Counted from the stretch's first letter, positions 1 to 10,585 are shown. The stretch: 64,000 bases of DNA from an uncultured cyanobacterium (GCA_963703315.1 OY969811.1:1824001-1888000), one strand, 5' to 3'. Notes: a model not told the origin generated them from the sequence alone. Numbers and translations are program-made.

Positions 1-114
1 GGCTATGCAACAGGTAAACAAATGGGTGAACTCTTGCAGCGTTTAAGATGGTCAAAGCTAGATGGAGAAATTTCAACTAAAGCTGAGGCGATCGCCTATC
101 TTCAAATCCAATAA
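1..114 (+). CDS. 3' end of probable CCA tRNA nucleotidyltransferase/poly(A) polymerase family protein (partial)
   Basis: Frame 1 reads GYATGKQMGELLQRLRWSKLDGEISTKAEAIAYLQIQ*, resembling the G..G..L.......LDGEI..A C-terminus of CCA-adding enzymes; only 37 codons are visible. Confidence 0.6.
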   Translation, partial: GYATGKQMGELLQRLRWSKLDGEISTKAEAIAYLQIQ

Positions 115-196
115 TTCCCAAACCCGTAAAGTTGTACCCCTACGCAACTTTACGGGTTATTGAAACCAGCATATTGTCAGGGCAATTCATGAGTTG

Positions 197-276
197 AAAC
201 CCAAAACCAGAGCTTGTGCTGCCCACTACGCGGGCGGCACAAGCTTCTAGGTTTTAAGTTTATGCCTAGCTACTTA
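197..276. repeat. Left-truncated copy of the TAAGTAGCT-ended palindromic MITE
   Basis: Near-identical to the right part of 53404-53507 (ccaaaaccagagcttgt...gcggcacaagcttct...atgcctagctactta). Confidence 0.75.
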
Positions 277-383
277 AGTTCTAAATATTAAACATTTTGG
301 TGATTGCTATAAAATGTTAGAAGTAGCTTTCAGCGCCCATCCGTAAAGCCAATCATTACACAAAATTTTAGGACAGACATATC

Positions 384-1646
384 ATGAGAGGCGGTATCCG
401 CATCGGCAGCATTTCAGACATCCCCATATATATTGATTCATCATGGTTTCTCGTACTCGGCTTGCTAGCCGTTTGGTTGAGTGCTGCCTATACCAAGCTA
501 TCGCCATCTTTTTCTATAGGTTATGGTGCAATTACGGCAATTCTTTTCTTTTTGTCGATCGCTTTTAACAAAATTGTCCATGCTGTCATGTCTAAGGCTC
601 GTGGTGTAGAAGTCAAAGAGATTAACATTCAGTTTATTGGTGGCGGAAATACAGAAAAAGAAGCAAAAGATCCCTTTTCCGTATTTAGTATTGCGGTCTC
701 AGGTCCATTAGTGAACTTAGTTTTCAGTGTGATTGGGTTTACAGTCGCTTGGCTAATTGCAGGCGATGTCATCTTTGCAAATAATCCTAAAACAATTGGC
801 GCTTTACCTGAAAGTATTGGCAATATTCCCACCATTTGGACAATGATTTCCCTAAATTTTGCCCAAATCAACCTTATATTTACTGTATTTAGCCTCATTC
901 CTGCTTTACCCTTTGAGGGTGGTCATGTTCTCAAGGCATTAGTTTGGAAACTAACAGGCGATCGCTTTACTGGCATCCGATGGGCAGCGCGATCGGGGCA
1001 GTTTTTTGGAATCTTGATGATAGTTATTGGATCAATCATATTATTCACAAGTTTTAGCGGTCTCTTTTTGATTTTGATCGGTTGGTTCCTATTTGGTAGT
1101 GCAGGTGGCTATCTTTATCTCAACAACTTGCAACAGGCTCTGCTCGATATTAATGCGGAATCAGCGATGACCAGAGATTTTCGTCTAGTAGATGCCGATA
1201 TCTCCTTACGTGACTTTGCCGATAAATTTTTGCTAATGGAAGATAAGGATGCAAATCCCATTTATATCGCCTCATCTAATGGGCGCGATCGCGGTATTAT
1301 TTCAGCAGGAACTATTCGCAATATTGATAGCCATGAGTGGCAATCCAAATCTTTGCAAGCTCTGATCAAACCCTTAGATGAGATTGATACAGTTGATTTG
1401 CAAACCAAAATATCAAAGGTTGTCAATTTGCTTGAACAAAAACAGTTGCGTTATCTAATTGTGCGATCGCCTGTAGGATCAGTGGCAGGAGTAATTGATC
1501 GCGGTGATGTGATCAAGGCTCTAGATAGCAAGCTGCTATGGCGAATTCCTTCAGAATATGTCAAACAAATTAAAGCAGATGGAAAGTTTCCACCCAACCT
1601 TCGCTTAGTAGAAATTTGTGAACAGTTGCATGAGCAAGAGGTTTAA
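384..1646 (+). CDS. Site-2 protease (peptidase M50) family membrane protein with C-terminal CBS domains; metal motifs degenerate
   Basis: IPIYIDSSWFLV N-terminus, SGPLVN, and SLIPALPFEGG (NLxPxxPLDGG-like); HExxH appears as NKIVH; CBS-like GVIDRGDVI. Confidence 0.8.
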   Translation: MRGGIRIGSISDIPIYIDSSWFLVLGLLAVWLSAAYTKLSPSFSIGYGAITAILFFLSIAFNKIVHAVMSKARGVEVKEINIQFIGGGNTEKEAKDPFSVFSIAVSGPLVNLVFSVIGFTVAWLIAGDVIFANNPKTIGALPESIGNIPTIWTMISLNFAQINLIFTVFSLIPALPFEGGHVLKALVWKLTGDRFTGIRWAARSGQFFGILMIVIGSIILFTSFSGLFLILIGWFLFGSAGGYLYLNNLQQALLDINAESAMTRDFRLVDADISLRDFADKFLLMEDKDANPIYIASSNGRDRGIISAGTIRNIDSHEWQSKSLQALIKPLDEIDTVDLQTKISKVVNLLEQKQLRYLIVRSPVGSVAGVIDRGDVIKALDSKLLWRIPSEYVKQIKADGKFPPNLRLVEICEQLHEQEV

Positions 1647-1701
1647 TTCACTTAATTCAATTCAGAATACGAATGGCGGCGCAAAGCGCCGCCATTCGCT
1701 G

Positions 1702-3408
1702 TTAGAAGCCAACAGAATTCAAATCTTCGGAAAAGTCTTCTAAGGTCAAATTCGATGAAGATTTGTTTTCTGAAGTATTGATAGAAATCGTATCCATATT
1801 TCCCAATATGCGCTCTATAGTGATCACTCCAACATCAGTATTCAATTGGTTTACATCCTGATTGACACTAGGAGATGATACAACTTGATTCTGCTCTTCC
1901 TCTTGGATTAACTGCAACAGTTTATCCAGATTTTGCTTCGGAATTCTTGATTTAATCGTATCAATACTTTCTTCGATCTCTGTAACATCTGATTCCAAAG
2001 GGGGTGCTGGCAAATCATTGGCAAAGCTTCCAAATAAGTCATCACTGGTACTAGCGGTATCATTCAAGGGACTAGCAGACGAATTCACTGGCAAATCATT
2101 TACTTGATTGATACTTTCGCTATAATTGCTTACCGATTCAATATGTTCATTCATAAACTCATCAAATAATGAGTCAGAAAAATCAGAACTAGCAGTGATA
2201 TCATCCACTATTTGAACTGGAGTTTCTTCTTGAAAATTATCAAACAATGAATTTGCGGTAATCGATTCTAAACTTTCAACTACACTATTCACTAATGGAA
2301 CTGGTGTTTCTAGAACTGGCAATTCTGGAATTGAGGCTACTGGAACTGGGGCGGGTTCCGCTTGAAAATCATCAAATAGTGAATTTGCGGTAATCGATTC
2401 TGCTCTCTCGACAATATCATTAGTGATTTGCAGGATTGGCGCGGAAGACGCAGGAGCATCATCAAAAGTATTATCAAATAGAGAACTGATCGTAACTGAT
2501 GTTGAGGGAGAGACTGAGGCTATATTGGTATCTACATTTGTATCTACAGATTTAGCAGGAATATTTTGAGGGATGTCTGAAATTGTGGCAGGTTTAGTGT
2601 CAGCAACATCGTAAGCAGTAGATTCTGAAGTGGTTTCTGCTAAGTCTAATGTAATGCCTTGATGTTTGATCTCTGGATCATCCTCTTCTTGAGCAGGTTC
2701 TAAAAATATTTTCGTAACTAGACGGATTTTAGCTTTTTGCCATTGTTGCCCCGGCTGGAGTATGGATAGATTAGTAATCACTTGGTCGCCATGCTCATCC
2801 GTCTTGCTAGATTCCGCGATCGTGTCAAGCAGGCTGCGTAAGTTAGGATTAGAGGCGACTGCTGCAAATAAAAAGCTAGGCTTACTAATGACCTGAATCA
2901 ACTCTGTGAGTGTGGTTAAGCATCGGACAGTACCGACTTGCTCATCAGTGAAGCGCACAATAATGTCTTGATATTCTTGCAGGTTTTGCTTTATTTGAGA
3001 CAACTTCTGAACTAGGATAACTCCCTTAGGATTGCTAACAAGGTTAATGTTGTGATTTGGTTCCAAACTATTAGACTCAGGATCTGGTGATGCGGTTAGA
3101 GGCTGTTGCAGATCTTTGACTAGATTGATTTCATATTGCCAAGCTAAGTAATTATTATCAGCGCGATAGGTCAAAATTTTGACACATTTGACCTTCTCAG
3201 GTTGCAAAATAATTATGCCCCGATGAATAATTGTCACAACCGCTTTTTGATTTGGCACTTGAGCGGCTTGTAAAGAGATTTTGAGACATTCCGCTTCTAG
3301 CTCTGCCTTTGCGTGAATGCCTTTGGATGCTAGCGATCGATTGATCAAAGCAGCGATCGCTTGAGGATCACCTTGCTTTGCCAAGTCCATAACGCTTAGT
3401 TGTGTCAT
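1702..3408 (-). CDS. Hypothetical protein: cyanobacterial AKQGDPQAIA N-terminal domain, KGK-like domain, long acidic low-complexity tail
   Basis: 568-aa ORF; LQPGQQWQKAKIRL resembles the KGK-domain motif; D/E/S-rich C-terminal half. Confidence 0.6.
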   Translation of the reverse strand: MTQLSVMDLAKQGDPQAIAALINRSLASKGIHAKAELEAECLKISLQAAQVPNQKAVVTIIHRGIIILQPEKVKCVKILTYRADNNYLAWQYEINLVKDLQQPLTASPDPESNSLEPNHNINLVSNPKGVILVQKLSQIKQNLQEYQDIIVRFTDEQVGTVRCLTTLTELIQVISKPSFLFAAVASNPNLRSLLDTIAESSKTDEHGDQVITNLSILQPGQQWQKAKIRLVTKIFLEPAQEEDDPEIKHQGITLDLAETTSESTAYDVADTKPATISDIPQNIPAKSVDTNVDTNIASVSPSTSVTISSLFDNTFDDAPASSAPILQITNDIVERAESITANSLFDDFQAEPAPVPVASIPELPVLETPVPLVNSVVESLESITANSLFDNFQEETPVQIVDDITASSDFSDSLFDEFMNEHIESVSNYSESINQVNDLPVNSSASPLNDTASTSDDLFGSFANDLPAPPLESDVTEIEESIDTIKSRIPKQNLDKLLQLIQEEEQNQVVSSPSVNQDVNQLNTDVGVITIERILGNMDTISINTSENKSSSNLTLEDFSEDLNSVGF

Positions 3409-3528
3409 ACCCTATTCCCGATTGGCTATAGATTTCTCTAGCAACTTATATAGATGTCCCGCATCAATAATAATTCTCTCATTGAAAATAGCCATATTTC
3501 CAGAGTGTTGTGCAACTTTACTAATACT

Positions 3529-3622
3529 TAGGGTTCTGCGAGTTAATAGAGAACCATTTTTTAGTGACGCGGCTTAGTCTCGTCACTAAAAAATAGTTCT
3601 CTATTTTACTGTGAGTTCCTTA
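3529..3622. repeat. Palindromic MITE-like element
   Basis: Long imperfect inverted repeat aatagagaaccattttttagtgacg...cgtcactaaaaaatagttctctatt with imperfectly complementary ends. Confidence 0.6.
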
Positions 3623-3682
3623 CAGAAAAATGTAACTGATAACTTCACCAGTTTACGAATTTAGAGACAAATTTTAGCGTAA

Positions 3683-3787
3683 TAAGTAGCTGGACATAAT
3701 TAAAAAACTAGATCCAAAGCCTGTGGCGCACTCGCAGCGTGCGTCACAGGTTTTGGGATTTTATATTTAATTGCGCCCAGCTACTTA
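3683..3787. mobile_element. MITE with TAAGTAGCT...AGCTACTTA ends and central hairpin
   Basis: Terminal inverted repeats taagtagctgg/ccagctactta; central cctgtggcgcac...gtgcgtcacagg; same ends at 53404-53507. Confidence 0.75.
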
Positions 3788-3901
3788 TTACTTTGCACTA
3801 TCAACTTAAAAATAAAGAAAGGGGACGCTTTGCATCCCCTTTCTCATTAATATTTGCAGAATACTGCTTAGTAACTAATCTGCTGTCAAAATTTTGAGAA
3901 A

Positions 3902-4123
3902 TTAGTCTTCATAGAGACGACATTCAGCAGCGTCAGGATTATCATCGCAATAAACTTCGAGAGAGTTTTTGGTCTTTGCTTGCTGTTGGTGTGACGATTC
4001 TGCTTGTAATTCTTCAACTGCATCCCATGCAGCCGCACATTCCTTAGAGCCAGTACCGCTAGTTTCGCAGGTGTCTCTGGCTTGTTGTACTTCTTCTAGG
4101 ATTTTCTCTTTAATATTGCTCAT
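3902..4123 (-). CDS. cp12: Calvin cycle regulator CP12
   Basis: AWDAVEEL motif, N-terminal Cys pair and C-terminal YCDDNPDAAECRLYED. Confidence 0.97.
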   Translation of the reverse strand: MSNIKEKILEEVQQARDTCETSGTGSKECAAAWDAVEELQAESSHQQQAKTKNSLEVYCDDNPDAAECRLYED

Positions 4124-4208
4124 GTATTTTTTCTAACTATCTATAATTTAGATACTAACAGACTAAGGCTAGCTAGCCATCATGCGTCAGGAGTAGGGTA
4201 ATAATGAT

Positions 4209-5111
4209 TTAGCCAAGTCCTAGAGTCGATGGTAGCATTCCCGCTAGGATAATAAAGCCGATCCAGACATTTTGACCAAAGGCTTTTTGATATGTTTCGC
4301 TAGGAATTTCAGCTTGGTTAAGTCTATTACATTGCCATATCCATATTACTCCTGCCGTCAAGCAAGCAAAGTAGTGTGCGTAACCAAGTTTGAGTTCCCA
4401 CCCTAGCCACATCAAACATCCGAGAGCGATCGCCAAAAATATAGCGATTGCAAATGTTACATATCTTCCAAAAAAGAGGGCGCTAGAGTTAACGCCAACT
4501 TTGAGATCATCTTCGCGATCGCTCATGGCATAAATTGTGTCAAAGCCCATTGTCCATGCGATCACGGCTGTCCATAGCTCCCAAGCATAACGATCAAGTC
4601 CACCAGTAACCGCACTCCAAGGGATCAGTACCGCAAACCCCCACGCGATCGACAGCACTAGTTGCGGCACGGGAAAGAAGCGTTTGCAAGCAGGATAGAT
4701 AGCAATCACAGGTACGGCAGCAAAACATAGTCCAAAGCTCAAAGGATTGAGATAGGTCGATAGTAAGAATGCACATAGTCCTGATACTAATAAAACAGCG
4801 ATCCCCACTTGAATAGATAGAGAGCGATCGGCTAAGGGACGATTTTTAGTGCGATCGACTTGGGGATCAATATCGCGATCCCAGAGGTCATTAATTACAC
4901 AACCTGCGGCGCTAGTTGCCAAACTGCCGAGGATGACCACACCCAATAAATCAAGCGGTGGTAACTGGTGGTGTGATTTGGCGGCGGCTACCGTTGCCCA
5001 CAGTGCAGGCAACATCAAAATCAATCTGCCTGCGGGTTTATGCCAACGCAAGAGACGAACGATCTTTTGAAATGTTGATTGGTTATTAGTAATGCCTGTG
5101 GTCATAGTCAA
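4209..5111 (-). CDS. ubiA: 4-hydroxybenzoate solanesyl/polyprenyltransferase (plastoquinone synthesis, PlqA)
   Basis: NDLWDRDID..V.RTKNRPLA and DTIYAMSDREDD aspartate-rich UbiA motifs; the true start may be a few codons downstream. Confidence 0.93.
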   Translation of the reverse strand: MTMTTGITNNQSTFQKIVRLLRWHKPAGRLILMLPALWATVAAAKSHHQLPPLDLLGVVILGSLATSAAGCVINDLWDRDIDPQVDRTKNRPLADRSLSIQVGIAVLLVSGLCAFLLSTYLNPLSFGLCFAAVPVIAIYPACKRFFPVPQLVLSIAWGFAVLIPWSAVTGGLDRYAWELWTAVIAWTMGFDTIYAMSDREDDLKVGVNSSALFFGRYVTFAIAIFLAIALGCLMWLGWELKLGYAHYFACLTAGVIWIWQCNRLNQAEIPSETYQKAFGQNVWIGFIILAGMLPSTLGLG

Positions 5112-5297
5112 TGCTGATCAAGTCCTTTGGCTTAACTATAGCAAGTTCTCTCTATTTTAAAGATGGCGACACAAAGCGCTGCCATCTTTAGTTTTTAGGC
5201 AAAGTTGCTGATTACAAAAGTTTTCAGCATTGTTACAGTGGAACTTGGGCAACGAACATCTCTGTACTTACATATTGCCAAAGTATGAGGTTTTGAG

Positions 5298-5792
5298 ATG
5301 CGTCTGATTAAATCTATTTTCCAAAAATCTTGTCAGAAATTTTTAGCGATCACTTTCTTAGGTATATCGCTAGCACTGGTAAATGCCAATAATGCTGTTG
5401 CGGATAATTTAAAAGCTGGTCTAACCGATGAACTAGTGAATGATAAAACCTGTGATGGTACTGGGGGAATTCTCGCTTATGCAGAAACTAAGGATTACTC
5501 TCTTTACATTTGTTCTGATCTCAAAAATATTACCCAGCCACGCTATTACCGCAGTGTCAACAAAAATGGCACTCAGGGTGTCAAGCTGATGGCAAAAACT
5601 TATAACCCAAATCAAGGTAATTATTTCGAGTTCTATAACGGTGACTATACATATATGCTCCAGATTCCTTCAGCAAAAATCAAAAATCCTGTATTAATGG
5701 TTGAATTTCCTGATGGCTCTGGCTATGAACAAAAGATTACTCGATTTTTAATGCATGATGAGTTGCGATCGCTCGTATCCAACAAAGAATAG
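5298..5792 (+). CDS. Secreted hypothetical protein
   Basis: Signal-peptide-like N-terminus (…LALVNANNAVA), GAGG upstream, 164 aa. Confidence 0.7.
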   Translation: MRLIKSIFQKSCQKFLAITFLGISLALVNANNAVADNLKAGLTDELVNDKTCDGTGGILAYAETKDYSLYICSDLKNITQPRYYRSVNKNGTQGVKLMAKTYNPNQGNYFEFYNGDYTYMLQIPSAKIKNPVLMVEFPDGSGYEQKITRFLMHDELRSLVSNKE

Positions 5793-5845
5793 GAAAGTAG
5801 CTCTTTATGTAGCTTTTAGTTTTATGTTAATATAGGCATCCTGTT

Positions 5846-5918
5846 GGGGAATTAGCTCAGTTGGTAGAGTGCTGCGATCGCACCGCAGAGGTCAGGGGTT
5901 CGAGCCTCCTATTCTCCA
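5846..5918 (+). tRNA. tRNA-Ala (anticodon CGC)
   Basis: Acceptor stem GGGGAAT/ATTCTCC with G3:U70, D arm AGCTCAGTTGGTAGAG, anticodon arm CTGCG-ATCGCAC-CGCAG, T arm AGGGG-TTCGAGC-CTCCT; CCA not encoded. Confidence 0.97.
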
Positions 5919-5943
5919 TTTTTTTAATCGCAAGGGTAGTCCT

Positions 5944-6612
5944 ATGACTATTAGTCCCATATCTTCTACAAAAGAAATTGCTGCATTGGTTGCTAGTAAT
6001 ACAGCGATATTGCCAAATGTTAGTTGGCAAACCTATGAAGCGTTGCTGAATGATATGGGCGAACATCGTACTGCTCGTTTAGCCTACTATCATGAAGTTT
6101 TAGAAATCAAGATGCCATTAGAACTACATGAAGCTATAAATCGTATCTTAGAAAGACTAATTGTTACCTTGACCGAAGAATTAGGATTAAGCGTTAAAAG
6201 CTTTGGTTCTACAACATTTAATCGTAAGGACTTGGCAGTAGGCGTAGAGCCAGACTCTTGTTTTTATATTCAAAATGCTCACCTAGTTCGTAGATTTAAG
6301 ATTGATATATATAATGATCCAGCACCTGATTTAGTTGTTGAAGTTGATCTTTATAGCTCTAGCGATCGCAGATTTTATATCTATCAACAGTTGGGTGTGC
6401 CTGAAATTTGGAGATACAATAAAACAGGAATAAAATTTTACATTTTGCAAAATGACGAGTATCTAGAGCAGGAATACAGCCTCACTTTCCCAATTATTTC
6501 TAGCGCGATTTTAGATACTTTTTTGCAACAAGCCGATTCAATTGATGACAATCAATTAATTCGTAATTTTAGAAAATGGGTGCAACAACAGTTAAATATC
6601 GAAACAAGCTAA
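5944..6612 (+). CDS. Uma2 family (DUF820) putative endonuclease
   Basis: VSWQTYEALL, EPDSCFY, PDLVVEVD, LGVPEIW; start moved to ATG 5944 because the longer ORF overlaps the tRNA. Confidence 0.92.
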   Translation: MTISPISSTKEIAALVASNTAILPNVSWQTYEALLNDMGEHRTARLAYYHEVLEIKMPLELHEAINRILERLIVTLTEELGLSVKSFGSTTFNRKDLAVGVEPDSCFYIQNAHLVRRFKIDIYNDPAPDLVVEVDLYSSSDRRFYIYQQLGVPEIWRYNKTGIKFYILQNDEYLEQEYSLTFPIISSAILDTFLQQADSIDDNQLIRNFRKWVQQQLNIETS

Positions 6613-7655
6613 ATAGTAGATAAAAAACTAATTAGAGATTGATTTTGTTCATCAGTACCAACAGTAATGCGTAGCTTATCAGCTAGTCCTGATTGATTGA
6701 AATAGCGGACTAAAATACCAGATTCTTTAAGTTTTAAATAAATCTCTTCAGCATTACCTTTAGGTGGAGTGGCAAGCACAAAATTACCGTGTGACTCTAG
6801 TACGGTATAGTCGAGATTTTTTAAATCTTGGGAAAGCTTGGTGCGGGAAATTTTGACTTTTTCAGCATTAGCGTTTTTATAGTCTTGATCTCGAAAGGCT
6901 GCCGTACCCACAGCGATCGCCACAGCATCAATGTTATAACTATCTTTAACCTTAAATAATCCTGAAAGTAAACTAGGGTTCGCCACACCAAAACCTAAAC
7001 GTAAACCCGCAAGAGAATAGCCTTTAGATAAAGTTCGCAACACAATCACGTTGTCAAATTCTTGTACCAATGGCAAAGCCGAATATTCGGCAAAATCAGT
7101 ATAGGCTTCATCGATCGCCACAATACCTGATACTTGTCGCGCCAACTGGCGTAAATCATCAAGCGGTACGATATGTCCCGATGGACTATTGGGTGACGCA
7201 ATAAAAGTTACAGCACCATTTGCTGCCACAAGTTCATCAATGGGTAGCTGAAAATTTTCACTGTATGGTACTTCTACGGTTTCCGATGGTTGCATTGCTG
7301 CCAGAGTGCGGTAAAGCACGTAGGTGGGCATCGGGTAAACCACTTTGCGATCGCGACCTTCCGCACAAGCCCTGATCAAAATATTTAAAACATCGTCACT
7401 GCCATTACCGACAATTATCCAATCCGCAGGTACATCAAGAACATCACTTATGGCTTGACAAAATTCACGTGCAGAGGGATCGGGATAGCGCCGCAAGGAA
7501 TCGCTATCAATATTTTGTAAAGTGGCGATCGCCTTAGGTGAAGGTGGATAGGGGTTTTCGTTAGTATTTAACTTAATAACTTTAATGCCAGACTTCGGCT
7601 GTTCCCCCGGAACGTAACCAGTCATCGCATCAATAGCAGGGCGGAAGTAGCTCAT
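6609..7655 (-). CDS. hisC: Histidinol-phosphate aminotransferase
   Basis: KLNTNENPYPPSP, DEAY, RTLSKGYSLAGLRLG (PLP lysine), LRITVGT. Confidence 0.95.
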   Translation of the reverse strand: MSYFRPAIDAMTGYVPGEQPKSGIKVIKLNTNENPYPPSPKAIATLQNIDSDSLRRYPDPSAREFCQAISDVLDVPADWIIVGNGSDDVLNILIRACAEGRDRKVVYPMPTYVLYRTLAAMQPSETVEVPYSENFQLPIDELVAANGAVTFIASPNSPSGHIVPLDDLRQLARQVSGIVAIDEAYTDFAEYSALPLVQEFDNVIVLRTLSKGYSLAGLRLGFGVANPSLLSGLFKVKDSYNIDAVAIAVGTAAFRDQDYKNANAEKVKISRTKLSQDLKNLDYTVLESHGNFVLATPPKGNAEEIYLKLKESGILVRYFNQSGLADKLRITVGTDEQNQSLISFLSTI

Positions 7656-7757
7656 GGTGAGAAGTAAAAAGGTAAAAGTAAAAAGTAAAAACTTAGGTCA
7701 GGTCTACTATTGTATCGCTACATTACTTAGCAAAAAGGACGCTTTGCGCCCTTTTTG

Positions 7758-8684
7758 CTAAGTCTTATCTCGAAATATTGGCAAGACCTCGTTACAAAAA
7801 GCTTCGGTTGCTTTGGAGCGATAACGGTTGGGGTTACGGATTTGTAACAACATTCGCTTAATTACCACGCCATCAATGCGTACTTGTGTCAAAGCACCCA
7901 TCTGTAACTCTTTCTCGATCGCCGTTATCGACAAAAATGCTGCCCCTAATCCTGCCTGTACCGCATTTTTGATTGCCTCAATTGAGTTTAACTCCATCGC
8001 GATCGCTAGTTGACGTGGGTCAACTCCACTATCGAGCAAAACGCGATCAATTGCTTTACGAATCGTCGATTGCGAGTCAAGGTTAATAAATTGCAACTTA
8101 TACAACTCCTCGATTGGTAATGCCCCAACCTGAGTAAGTGGATGCGAAGTTGGTAGAATTAGCGCTAGTTCATCTTCGGCATAAGGTGTAATCTCTAAAG
8201 AATCTAGCAAATCCGCAGGAATCTCGCCCCCAATAATTGCCAAGTCTACCTGTCCATTCGCAACACTCCATGCCGTTCGCCTTGTAGAATGAACATGGAG
8301 TTGCACGGAAACTTCAGGATATTTCTTGCGAAATAATCCAATCATCTGAGGCATGAGATAGGTTCCAGTCGTTTGACTAGCACCTATAATTAGAGTCCCA
8401 CCATTAAGATTTTGCAAATCATCAATGGCGCGACAAGTTTCTTGACAAAGGCTCAAAATGCGATCGCCATAGGAAAGTAATAACTGTCCTGCCTCTGTTA
8501 ACTGCGCTCTGCGCCCCCCACGATCAAACAACGGCACATCTAGCTGTCGTTCTAGATGTTGAACTTGCAAGCTAACGGCTGGTTGGGACACATACAGGCT
8601 ATCGGCGGCGCGTTTAAAGCTACCCTCAGCAGCGATCGCCTTGAGAATGCGTAATTGGTCTAGAGTGAACGGTATGTCGATCAT
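7758..8684 (-). CDS. rbcR: LysR-family regulator, RbcR/Ycf30 type
   Basis: [37 protein letters not shown]-terminus and [10 protein letters not shown]-terminus typical of Ycf30. Confidence 0.88.
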   Translation of the reverse strand: MIDIPFTLDQLRILKAIAAEGSFKRAADSLYVSQPAVSLQVQHLERQLDVPLFDRGGRRAQLTEAGQLLLSYGDRILSLCQETCRAIDDLQNLNGGTLIIGASQTTGTYLMPQMIGLFRKKYPEVSVQLHVHSTRRTAWSVANGQVDLAIIGGEIPADLLDSLEITPYAEDELALILPTSHPLTQVGALPIEELYKLQFINLDSQSTIRKAIDRVLLDSGVDPRQLAIAMELNSIEAIKNAVQAGLGAAFLSITAIEKELQMGALTQVRIDGVVIKRMLLQIRNPNRYRSKATEAFCNEVLPIFRDKT

Positions 8685-8703
8685 AGAAGCAGCGTGAGAA
8701 AAA

Positions 8704-9804
8704 ATGAGTCGGGAGGTTATTCAAGATTTTTTGAATCTAGCGGGAGTTGTGGGAATAGCCCTCACCAACCGCCGTATGCGTCCCTATTTCTACGGACTAG
8801 ATGCCGTATTAGATAGGACTAAACAAGCATTAGGTCAAGGAGTCCTGCAAGTTGTTGAAAATGTCCCAGAAGGCTTTGAGTCCTTCGAGTTTCATTTTGC
8901 TGGTCATGTTGTCTTTATTTACAAGTTGACGCATGGTCTAGTACTGCTAGTACTGACGGATAGCGGACTGAAACTAGTTGACTATCGGCGAGGCATCACC
9001 AAAATCAAATATCTGATCGAAACAGATACATACAACACAGTCGCATACTTTAAGCTCTTATTGGGATCAGTAACCCAGCATTCTTTGCCAAATTCCAATT
9101 GGAATGCCAATACTCCACCTAAAGCAGATGCAGTCCCAATTCAAGACAAACTGGCTACAAATAGTTTGGGGGAAACTATTTCTAATCCTGATCTAGAGAC
9201 AACCGTACCGTTGTCTCAGGTTCCAGCATCTGACCAAAGAAGTGCAACTAACACTCAAATCAATAGAGTTGCTAGTACAACGGCAAACACCAATGCAAAT
9301 ACCAATACAAGCAGAACTGCCAATATCCAAACTCAACCAAATGTAACTAAGCCTCAAGCACCTCCAGCATCTGCTCCTATCTTCTCTGCCTCATCGACTG
9401 TTGCGAATAAAGTTGTTACTGACAACAAGTCTGCACAGGTTACAACTCCTTCTAAGTCAGTATCAGCGAAAACTGACACACAGGAGTATAAGTTAGATGA
9501 ACTTTTAGTCGCCTTAAACAAACTAAGCACTTTTACAACTCAGTATTTGGGCAAAGTCGTAGTTACCAACTATTGGAAATCTAGTCGTCCTGACATACCT
9601 TGGCTCGCAGAATTTGAAATCGATCGCAGTGGGCAAATATCTCATCCCAAACAAAAGGCGATCGCCTGTACCCCTGAACAACACCAACAGATTCAGTCAT
9701 GGGTAACCGCCTATATCAAACGCTGTAAACAAGTAATTCGTAATTTTGATCAAATGCTAGAGCAAGACTGTCTTGATATTCGCCAAAAACAGCTACTTCT
9801 CTAA
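8704..9804 (+). CDS. Hypothetical protein: N-terminal roadblock/longin-like domain, S/T/N/P-rich linker, C-terminal helical domain
   Basis: [12 protein letters not shown]…[25 protein letters not shown] pattern resembles the roadblock/profilin-like alpha/beta fold (inference). Confidence 0.6.
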   Translation: MSREVIQDFLNLAGVVGIALTNRRMRPYFYGLDAVLDRTKQALGQGVLQVVENVPEGFESFEFHFAGHVVFIYKLTHGLVLLVLTDSGLKLVDYRRGITKIKYLIETDTYNTVAYFKLLLGSVTQHSLPNSNWNANTPPKADAVPIQDKLATNSLGETISNPDLETTVPLSQVPASDQRSATNTQINRVASTTANTNANTNTSRTANIQTQPNVTKPQAPPASAPIFSASSTVANKVVTDNKSAQVTTPSKSVSAKTDTQEYKLDELLVALNKLSTFTTQYLGKVVVTNYWKSSRPDIPWLAEFEIDRSGQISHPKQKAIACTPEQHQQIQSWVTAYIKRCKQVIRNFDQMLEQDCLDIRQKQLLL

Positions 9805-9975
9805 CTATCTCCCCAAAACTATGGCGCACGCGGAGCGTGTGCCACAGTTTTGGAGTTGCTTTACGATGCTTAACAATTCTAAGCAATTTGGCGGGAACTA
9901 GTCTATATATACACATTAAATGGGTTAAACTGGTCTTTAATATTAAGGGGAGCGATCGCAAAGGCGAGCTAAACA

Positions 9976-10476
9976 ATGGCTAAGCGTGTAAGAATTGAGC
10001 CTATTGCCCAAATAGCAGATATTGCAACAAATGGTGCATTACTATCTGGCTTAATGGGAGATGAGCTAAGCATTTTAAAAGAATGTGGTGGTCGTGGTAT
10101 GTGCGCGACCTGTCACGTTTATATTCAGGATGGTATGTCATCTCTAAGCCCTATGGGTAAACGAGAGCAGCGCACATTAGAAGTGATCACAACCTGTAAA
10201 CCCAACTCTCGACTTGCTTGTCAAGCCAAAGTGATGGGTGAAGGAATTGTGGTCGAACTGCCTGTAGGTATGTATGTCCAATCGATTCAAGATATCGAAG
10301 CTCTGATTGGGCGACGATGTGAAAAAGCTCTACTTAGTCCGATTACTGGTCAGACTTTAGTAGAAGTTGGACAACTAATTACGCGATCAGTTGTGCGTCA
10401 ACTAGAAAATACTAATTTCAGTGTTGGTGAACAATTGGCAAATACAAAAAGAGCCGATATCTTTGAGTCAAAATAA
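9976..10476 (+). CDS. 2Fe-2S ferredoxin (adrenodoxin-type motif) with C-terminal extension, Slr0148-like
   Basis: CGGRGMCATCHV and SRLACQ. Confidence 0.9.
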   Translation: MAKRVRIEPIAQIADIATNGALLSGLMGDELSILKECGGRGMCATCHVYIQDGMSSLSPMGKREQRTLEVITTCKPNSRLACQAKVMGEGIVVELPVGMYVQSIQDIEALIGRRCEKALLSPITGQTLVEVGQLITRSVVRQLENTNFSVGEQLANTKRADIFESK

Positions 10477-10585
10477 TCAGATCATCTAGCTGAATTAAAG
10501 CCAGTTTGTGAAACGTCTATTATCCGATGCTTATTCTTGAGACTAGCTTTAAATTCAATAATTTTTTGGATAGGAGTATTTACTT

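Noticed and set aside
5875..5882. HIP1 site inside the tRNA anticodon arm as an integration hotspot
   Set aside because: It follows from the CGC anticodon context; no integrase or duplicated tRNA 3' end seen in the window
5857..6066. Minus-strand 69-aa ORF and the 5' extension (5869-5943) of the Uma2 ORF
   Set aside because: Both overlap the tRNA-Ala gene; shadow translations
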